A DNA stretch of 64,000 nt from Podospora anserina (lineage: Eukaryota), in assembly GCA_017654855.1 (NCBI GenBank), contig CM030332.1, forward strand, positions 7,502,001-7,566,000. The letters are read 5' to 3'. A program made the translations under genes and the position numbers. The notes under the pieces are model-generated. The model made no database searches. It worked only from the letters and a program-made list of their open reading frames with translations, and was not told the origin of the DNA. Positions 55,401 through 64,000 of the stretch are shown here, one piece after another (the first letter of the stretch is position 1; every line of letters starts with the position of its first letter).

Positions 55401-56946
55401 AATAATATTTATAGAAATATAATAACTTTTTATAACGAAAACCTTTTACTTTATTAATCGTTTAAAAACTAAAAAATAATTAATTATTAATCGTTAAATC
55501 TTTAAGGAAAAGAAAAACCTATAAAGTATTATAGTAAAGTATAAAGTACGGCTAATTACCCGGGGATTTTAATAAACCTTAAAAATTAATTTTTTATAAA
55601 CTTACGCTTCTACTATAAGCCCTTTAACCTAAAGGATTATACTAACTATTATTACGATATTCGATTAGGATATCGAGTAAGTAGATTTCGTAAGAGCCTT
55701 CTTAAATTCGGAAACCGATTTCGATATATATATCGAGCTTCCGTAGGGCTTAACCGAGTTTTTTTATAGTAATTTAGCCGCTATAACCTTACTTAAGAGA
55801 GCTAGCTAAAACCCTATAAAAAACTAAATTATACTTTTAAAGAAATCTCTCTATAGCCTTAAATAAGCGTCTTACTTATAGTAATAAAAGGTTCTTATAA
55901 TAGCCCAAGCACTAGGTTTTAGGCTACTAATTTTAAATATAATTACTTATTTTTACCTAAATTATATAATTTTTCTTATTAATTACGTTAATAACTATTT
56001 ACTTATAAGCCTATAGTACTTATAACTCCAGGCCTTAAAGAAAGTAATAGGTAACTACTATAATATTAAAGATCTTAGCTCGGCTCGCTATTTCTTAAGT
56101 ATTTAAATCGAACGTAATAGACTAAATCGTTGCCTCTAACTTCACTAAAAAACCTATATTAGCGAAGCCGTTAAATACTTTAATATTAATATTAAACTTA
56201 TACCTTTTCCTTTAAGCCTAAGGCTTATAAGATATAATAATAAATCTAAAAGCCCTATAATACCTATAGAATAGTACCTCTATTAATAACTAATCGGTAT
56301 TACTATATATACTATAGTCTAAACGAAGCTTAATATAGCCTTTAATATTTAATAGCTATTACAGTACTTAAAAGTACTTACTTTAATATACTTTAAAGCT
56401 ACTAAATTCCTTCTTTCTTACCTATATACTACTATAGATTTAATTATTAATTATAGCTTAAATAAGGATTTAATACTTATTAGGTTTATAGATAGTAATT
56501 AAATTAAGTATAAAACTAATATTAAATTAATATACGGTTAACTATTTATACTCGTTAAAAAACCTATTAATTAAAAATCTAAAAAGGCCTTTACGGTTTC
56601 TTTTAGTACCCTAGAAGCCGAGTTTATAAGGTTTATAGAGGGCTTTAAGGAAGCTATATAGCTTAGGGGATTATTCTAAGAGATCGGTAAGTTTATTTAT
56701 TAGCCTACCCCCCTATTATATAATAACGAAAGCTCTATTACTATTACTTATAGTAGTAAGTATAACTACCGAATAAAATATATACTTATTAAATTCTAAA
56801 GGGTTAAGGAAGCTATAACTACTAAAGTAATTATTATTATTTACCTACCTACTAAGAAAATACTAGCTAATAGGCTCACTAAAACTCTTCCGGTAACTCT
56901 ATTTAATAGATTTATAGAGCTCTTAAATCTTACTAGACCGTTCTAG
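52490..56946 (+). pseudogene. Copia C gag-pol (RIPed); start approximate
   Basis: Integrase ILVDRKTRYR / YDGGKE; RT KKSLYGLKQA ~55840, YVDD ~55984; RNase H STLEAEF and ADGLTK ~56866. Confidence 0.9.
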
Positions 56947-58989
56947 CTACCTACGCATTACGGTTATAGAGGGGGTATTAAAATACAGTACTTATTTATA
57001 GATTTTATAGTATATTCTTTCTCGTGGCTTATAGCACTTAAAGGCTTTAAGCCATAGCGCCTATAACGCCTATAGCGGTTATAAGGAACTATAAAGTTTT
57101 TATATAAACCACTGTAGCCAACTAAACCGGTAGAAGTTATAGGGATTAATAAGGAGGAAAAAGAGGTTTTGGATACCTATAAAAGGCTCCCCTCCCAGTG
57201 TATTTAGAATGATCCTTTTCTTTCTTAAGTTCAAGTTAAATAATTAAAATTAATATACTGGTTTACCACACTTTTGCAGGGCATAGTTCCCTATACTTGC
57301 TTTCCTTCGGTGCCACCTCACACCGTCGTACCTCGCAGTCCAAGAACCCCAGAGTCTTCAGGTAATTGCTTCCGACCTACCTGGAAGGCATACAACTAGC
57401 CTGCCGACGACATATCTCAACAAAAAGTAATATTTTTTATAGACTTTTTATATCGGAAATAGTCTTTATATAACGATTTATTTCTTTTTTTTTATTTTAT
57501 AATATCCTAACTTAATATACGAACTATAATAAAATTAGGTTTATCTTTATATTTCCGTTTATTAATATTATTATTTAAATATTATTTTAATATATTATAA
57601 TTTAAAAGCGTTTATTTTTTTTACTTTTTCCCTATATAGTAACGATTTCGTTAACGAGTACCGGATTATTATTTTATATTTTTATTTTATATCGATACTT
57701 TTAATAATATTATTTATAATCCGTTAAAGGTTACCGGCCCTCGCGAAAGGCTATAAATTATTTTTTAAATAGTTATATCGTTTAAAAACATTTTCTTACT
57801 TTAGGTTATTTAATAATATAAAGTTTTTTAATTATACCCGTTTAATTTCCTTTTATTTTTCGTTTTTTATATATTTAATATTTTTTTATATATATATTTA
57901 ATAACGGTTCTTTACTTTACTTTATTAATACTTAATAATTATAACTTTTATAACTTTCGGTCTTTTTAATATAATAATTATTATAATCTTTTTTTTTTAT
58001 TTAAATTACTTAAATATTTTATAATTCCTTTTAAAGTATTTTACTTTACTATAATTAAAATATTTAAAATTAGTTTTACTTTAGTTTTACGGCCTATATT
58101 ATTAAATAGTATTAACTTTTATAGGCCTTACGTATATAGTCTCGAAACGTAAGTCCCGTATAGCCGTTTTTTCCTTTTATTATTAAGGTAATAAGGTCCT
58201 TATATATATATACCCTTACGCTCTCTACGGCACTAATATTATCGATTATTAATACGGATTACTATTACAATATACTCGTTAATAATCTTTAATCGTTTTA
58301 TTTAATATAGTTTATCCTTAATTTTTTTTAAACCCGTTATAAAATAATTATATTAATTTTTTATTATTAATTATACTATAAATTATATTTATTTTAAATA
58401 TTATAATATAATTAATAATAAATTAAATTTATTTAAAATTAATTAATCGCTTTTAAATACGTTTACTTTCGTTATACTTTCTAAATACCTCCTTAATTTT
58501 CTTTTTAAAACCTTTATACAACTTAAAGTACTTCTTTATAATATCCTCTCTCTTATTATATTTATTATTAAAGTAATTTCTTAAAATCGGTTCGAACTAA
58601 GTAAATACTTTATTCTTAAGCTAGAACGTAATATATATAATTTTAGATTTTTTATTTAGAAAACGAAAAAGGTAGTACCGAAAGTAAATTTTAAATTAAA
58701 TTAGGAACTCTCTTAACTTTCCCTTTACGCTTCTATAGCGATCGGGTACCTCGAGCTTAATACGCTTTCCCTCCCTACGTAAGGTACTAATTTTTTAGTG
58801 GAGTATAGTATTTTTTTACGTAAGAGTATTATAGGAAAGGCGTAATTTATCTTTAAGTTCTTAAATATAAGCGAAAAGCTAGTCGATAGTGGGCTAGGTC
58901 GAGCCCCCCTAAGTACTAACGTTTCCGGCTATAATATTATTTTAATACCTTTAATTTATCCGTAATAAAGTTAAAGTAAGTATATAACG

Positions 58990-59356
58990 TATAACAAACC
59001 TTTATACAGAACCTTTAAAAGGGATACGGGTTAAAGGTAATTTCTGATAATTAGTTCGGTGTAGCTAAACAGTGCATAATAAGATGTCTCGATATAAATA
59101 CAAAATGCCGTAAATATAAGCTTAAATTACATACTGCGGAACTATCTATTTATACTAGCTAGTTCCTCCGTATATATAGTCTTTATGCTAAGCCGTGATT
59201 AGTCTCCTAAGGCCACTAATTACCTCGGCTTAGTTTACTTAGTACCTTAATTACACTAATTACTCTACCTTTATTATAATTGGCCCCCCTATACGTTCTC
59301 CCGATTAGCCCCTTATTCTCGTGGCCCCACAACCGTCCTGTATCAAGGTTGTAATA
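58990..59356 (-). repeat. Gypsy E 5' LTR (367 bp)
   Basis: Followed on the element strand by CGTTATATACTTAC, as in D. Confidence 0.92.
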
Positions 59357-59771
59357 ATACGGTATAAAAAATATTTAAGTATTTTTATAGAGTATTATTA
59401 ATAAACCGTTAGAATATAGTAAGAATTTTAATTAGCTTAAACGGTATAACTAATAATTTATAAAAAGTAAATTTCGTTCGAAAAGTAATAAAATACTTTT
59501 AGCTTTCTTTAATCTAAATATTATTAAACGCGGAGATAATATTAATCTTAGTAAAGTACTTTATTTCTTTTAGGTTATTTAGGGATTTTTTAGTTAAAAA
59601 TAATAGGTAACGGTCTTTAACCAAAATATTATTTAAGCTTCGGTAATCGATATAAAAACAGAGGCTCCCGTTTACCTTTTTAATAAATAGTACGGGTAAA
59701 GCGGTAGGGGAGGAGCTCGGGCAAATAAATCCTTTCTTTAGGTTTTCTTTTAGCTAAGCCTTTAGGGCTAG
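59357..59771 (-). pseudogene. Gypsy H reverse transcriptase fragment (ground layer of the nest)
   Basis: De-[40 protein letters not shown]...KDRYPLP...TAFRT. Confidence 0.85.
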
Positions 59772-60209
59772 TGTTATAACCCTAAAGTATAAACGAGAAT
59801 AACGATTGGTTGTGGAACCACGGGAGTAGGGGCTAATCGGGAAAATACCTAGGAGAGCCAATCACAAAGAGGGACGGTAATTAGTACGATTAGAGCACTA
59901 ATTAAACTAAGTAAGCTAGGCGGGGGTAATTAATGTAATTAGGACACTAATCAGGCTAAGCGTAAGTAATTAATATACTCGGGACACTAATTAGAGGAAT
60001 CACGGCTAAAAAAAAAAGTTTATATATACGGAGGAACTAGCTAGTATAGATAAACAGTTCCGCAGTATGTAATTTACAGTTATATTTACGGCATCTTATG
60101 TTTACATCGAGACATCTTATTGTGCACTATTTAGCTGCACCGAACTAATTGTCAGAAGTTACCTTCAACCCGTATCCCTTTCAGAGGTTCTATATAGGGG
60201 TTCGTCACA
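59772..60209 (+). mobile_element. Solo LTR G (D/E family, E-related U3), no TSD, at the edge of the AT block
   Basis: TGTTAT...GGGGTTCGTCACA; flanks GCTAG / TATAG. Confidence 0.9.
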
Positions 60210-60680
60210 TATAGCTATACGCTTCAGTAATAAGCTATAGGTACTAAGTATTAAGTCTTCCGCTATTGCGAGTACTGTGACAGCATGTCTATGTAGGACC
60301 TACAGGCTTATATAGGATATAACTTTTAATAACTATTGTAGACTAGTGATTATAATTATAGCTTAAAGTTTAGAATTTATTAGGATTTTTAGAGGATTAT
60401 AGGTAATTCATTTACCTATATAAATTTTGTGGTGGAAAAAATTCGTTAATATCATGTATATACTACCGGCATTTTCGCTTGCAACTTACAGCAGTAGCCC
60501 CTATACTACAAAATTATTAACATACAAAAGTAGGTTAAGCACCTATTATATAGTGAACCATGCCTTGAAAGACAATTATTAGACCTTTCAAAATAGTTAA
60601 TAAGCTCTTAAAGATAGTTAAAAGGCCTTCAGAGATATTTAAAGAACCTATTAGCTTGCTTTTGAGGCATGGTTTATGAT
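60210..60680. other. RIP-leakage transition zone from TE block to GC-balanced DNA
   Basis: Sequence not repeated in the window, with TpA excess fading towards 60.7 kb. Confidence 0.6.
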
Positions 60681-61972
60681 ATAATGGCAGAAAGTTGGGA
60701 CCTGGGAGTGTTGACATCTACAGGCAAGTGACACCTTCTTGCCAACGGATCGAACCGGCTGGCAGCAAGGGACGGGAAGCTGCAAGGGGAGAGAGCGGTT
60801 GCCTTATCAGATCCTGTCAGGGACAGGGATCAAAAGAGGTGAGCTGGAAGGGTTGCTCTTGCAGAAAGCAAATCAAACAACTACTATTGAATGGCGGGTT
60901 AAAGGAAAAAGTGCTCAACAGAGGGGAGGCTTGGAATACAATACTTTGTACAGCAAACTCTCTTATCTAGAGAAGAGGATTCCTGTGTCTTTTGAAGTAG
61001 AGCCGATCGCCTCGCGATATGGGAGTCCCATCGTTCATTTTGGAGATGGAGCTTCAACCGTTGACGAGGTGGGGTGGCTATTTGATGGTGGGGGTCCCAG
61101 GGAACATCGCAATTGCAACGGTCGCCAGCATGCGGAGGGAGAAGCAGGTCCAAGAGATCGGTCTGGCAGGTGAGGGTGTCCCATCTTGGCAGTGATGGAG
61201 TGGACGGGCGGGCATATTAAACCACCAGACTGTCCCACGCTGCTAATCGTGTTCCCGAGACCCCGCCACCCAATCGACATGCGGTTGCCGTGTTGCAGGC
61301 TGTTTTGACATCTCTCACAAATCTTACTGACGGTATACCAGGCCCGGACTGGATAATTTCAGTTGTGCCAGATTGGGAATCTCCATGAGCATACCTTAGG
61401 CCGAATCTTCTGGCAGTCCCTTCCCTGGAGCAAAATCAGGCAAGCAGCTCCCGACATCCGACCTTCAGCGTAGATTCAAGATCTGAGTTTTGTTTATTTT
61501 CACACCTCAAGAACAGAGGCCACGCTCTAGCTAAATCGACGCCCCGAATGCCTTCAGCGTGTCACCAACCACACAACGTTCGCTCAACGGATAGCTCCAG
61601 ACCGCTGCCCGCTGCCAACATCAGCCAGCCAGCCAACAACTCCCACGAAATCCTGACGGAAGAGGCGTTATTAAGCTTTCAACACCAACGTCAACATTTC
61701 TCCACCTCGGCATTTGCCAACGATCTCGAATCTTCCTGTACCGACGACACCTGGCCCGTGAGCGTCTCAGCTTCCAGGAACGATTACAAGCACAGTCACT
61801 GGAAGACAGTCCTCGATGGTCACAGATTACCAGCCCAAGACAGTATTCATATCCATATCTTGGCCTCATCGATATCATCATCGACACAGTACCGACCCTG
61901 GTTGTACATCACGGCTGTGTACAAGGCTCTGGTCTAGGCCTCAAGCCGAGGACGAGAAGCCTCCACTTCACA

Positions 61973-64000
61973 ATGGCAACATGGAGTGGCCAACGGACAC
62001 GCCTTACAATGCTCTTACACATCATCCTATTCACGTCTCTGTCGAGGGCTGCTAAGGTCATGTTCACGACAGGGACAGATGTTGATGGTGTGACACGAGA
62101 ACTCGCTGCAAATCGGTATCCAGCTCTCTATACTGGTGATTATGGCGACTGCATGGGCGGAAACAGTCTATTCAGCATCAGCAAATTTGATGCTGCGTAT
62201 TATGCCGACAACATGACGATAGTGCTTCATATGGACGGCACTAGCAGTTTGAGGAACGAGTCCCTGATGATGCGCATTTCTGTTGACGCATATGGCGAGA
62301 ACCGATTTGATAAGATCGTGAATCCTTGCAACCTCAACATTGCTAGGTGAGTCCGAATTGGCTCCGGACTTGAAAGACGTATACTTACAAACATGCAGTC
62401 TATGTCCTGTTCTTCCTGATGTGCCATTCCGAGCCTGGGTAGAAATTCGTGTTGGCCCACAGCAGATAGGGGGCATACCTAACATTGCTTACGAGATACC
62501 CGATTTCGAAGGCACGACTCGAGTGCAAATCTTTGCCGGCTCTGGTCAACAAGAGGCTGGATGTTTTCAAGCTGCCATGCAGAACGGGAAGAGTCTTTCG
62601 CACGCGTATGTTATCGCGCCCTTCATGGGCCTTTTCACAATGGTCGCCATCATCGCCTCCTTTTCCACTGCGGCATACGGAATAAGCGTCCCTCACATGA
62701 GGATGCACCACGCTCATTCGCTCTCGGTCTTCATCGTATTCGAAACCTTCCAGACGATATTCTTCTCGGGGGCACTTTCTGTCAAGTGGCCATCGATCCT
62801 CGTTGCATGGTGGTCAAACTTTGCCTGGTCCGCTGGCTTCATCTACGCGCCCCCTTTTGTCCAGTCGATCAACTCTTTTGCAGGCGTCCAGGAGGAGCTA
62901 GGGCACGTCGATGGTTCCGGTCCTATGATTATCAACAGAGGAGAGCATTTAGTTGACCAGATCTATGGGCGATCTCTGATGACCAGGGGCTCGTTCAACG
63001 CCACTGATCCTTGGCGGTATGAATGGGGTGGTGATCCAGTAGCCCTTGGGTTACCACTTCCAGGCACTTGGAGTGGCTTTCCTGCAACGCTGGCGGCTAT
63101 TGGAATTCCAGCTGCCGATGCCTTTGTGTTCGGCTTGCTTTGGTTTCTGATAGCCGTCGCTCTGGTCATGTTTGTCGTCATTGGTGTCAAGATCTTGTTT
63201 GAGGGTCTCGCGAAAGCGAGGCTGGTCAAAGAGGATAGGCTTGCCTACTTTCGCAGCTACTGGGTCGGATTCCTCGGCCATGCTCTGTTACGAACACTGG
63301 TCATTGGGTTCTTCATGCTTATGACCCTGGCTATTTTCCAGTTCAAAATTCGGGGCTCTGTTGGCGCGATAGCAGTTGCGGCTGTGGTATTCTTCGTTGT
63401 TTTGATGGGGGTGACGTCGCTAGTGGCGTATGGGGTCTGGTGTCGAACTCGACACGGTACTTTCACCATCACGAAGGACCGGGCTGTTTTCTACCGATCA
63501 ACGTGGCGTGTTTCAATAATTTTGGAGACCAGGATAAAGGAGCACAACTTGGAGGTCAAGCCTATCCTCAGCATCCCAGTCTACCGCCTTCGACACAACA
63601 ACCACGACGACGACTACCCTACCGTCCATCTAGATCAGCTGTACGTTAAGAGATTTGCATGGCTCACAGCGCGCTACAGACGCACACGGTGGTGGTTCTT
63701 TGCTTACTACATTACATATTCATTTGTTCGAGCAGCTTTCATAGGAGGAGCTGGGGACGTTCCTCTTGTGCAGGTTTACGGTGTACTGGCGCTTGACATA
63801 GTCAACCTTGCCATCAGCGCTATCTCAAAACCCTTCGAAGGAACTCGAAACACGGCTATGGGTGTCTGGGTACTCGGCCTTTGCAAGATATTGACCACCG
63901 GCATCTCGATTGCTTTTCTTCCTCAGCTCAAAGTCAACCGTATCATCACGACTGCGCTCGGGGTAATCATCATTGTGATCCAGGGTTTCACTACCGTTGC
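61973..64000 (+). CDS. TRP-like ion channel / FLC (flavin carrier, spray-like) membrane protein, 3'-truncated by window; exons 61973-62346 and 62399->64000
   Basis: Signal-peptide-like N-terminus; ML-like domain (NPC...SLCP, AYEIPDFEG, GCFQA); WWSNFAWSAG and WLTARYRRTRWWFF motifs; many hydrophobic helices; exon 2 frame reads open at every stretch checked. Confidence 0.92.
62347..62398 (+). other. 52-bp spliceosomal intron
   Basis: GTGAGT...CTTAC...GCAG; removal joins NIA-S-LCP in frame. Confidence 0.9.

Larger units (their letters stand above)
39838..57422 (+). mobile_element. Ty1/Copia element C, full length, inserted in the E protease region, interrupted by A copy 3
   Basis: 447-bp LTRs 39838-40284 and 56976-57422; perfect TSD AAAAG; PBS AATTATAAGCCC; PPT AGAGGGGG. 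Confidence 0.95.
35448..59356 (-). mobile_element. Chromodomain Gypsy element E (relative of D), interrupted by a B solo LTR and Copia C
   Basis: LTRs 35448-35854 and 58990-59356; perfect TSD ATACG; PPT at ~35855-35868; pol colinear with D. Confidence 0.93.

Noticed and set aside
1-60209. Starship, Helitron, LINE or DNA transposon
   Set aside because: No tyrosine recombinase, Rep/helicase, non-LTR RT, transposase or TIRs recognised; all segments are assigned to LTR elements
60695-61280. Overlapping short ORFs on both strands
   Set aside because: No recognisable motifs, several non-ATG starts; likely intergenic or promoter DNA
62168-63649. Several 66-131 aa ORFs in the ORF track
   Set aside because: Shadow frames of the TRP-like exons

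Overview
Filamentous-ascomycete (Pezizomycotina-type) DNA. Positions 1-~60.2 kb are an AT-rich block of RIP-mutated (CpA>TpA, TpG>TpA) LTR retrotransposons nested up to five layers deep; most junctions can be resolved from LTR ends and target-site duplications (TSDs). Family A is an ~11.9-kb Ylt1-like Ty3/Gypsy element (363-bp LTRs, 4-bp TSD, tRNA-Gln-type PBS; 2 complete and 3 partial copies). B and C are two related Ty1/Copia elements with a GGTTATGAGCCC PBS. D and E are chromodomain Gypsy elements, with solo LTRs F and G of the same family. H is a Gypsy RT fragment forming the ground layer. After a short RIP-leakage zone (~60.2-60.7 kb) the sequence is GC-balanced and holds one intact spliced host gene, a TRP-like/FLC membrane protein running off the window end. 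The most interesting signal: D and E each carry, between the chromodomain and the 3' LTR, an antisense gene that after RIP reversal reads as a six-Cys (Zn2Cys6-like) cluster, a coiled coil and an acidic tail. The two versions are highly divergent and each sits beside a different repeat-rich U3, while R-U5 is conserved, suggesting an exchangeable regulator + enhancer cassette. Family A also has ~3 kb of extra 3' sequence with two probable antisense ORFs. All TE protein readings are manual RIP reversals and need computational confirmation.
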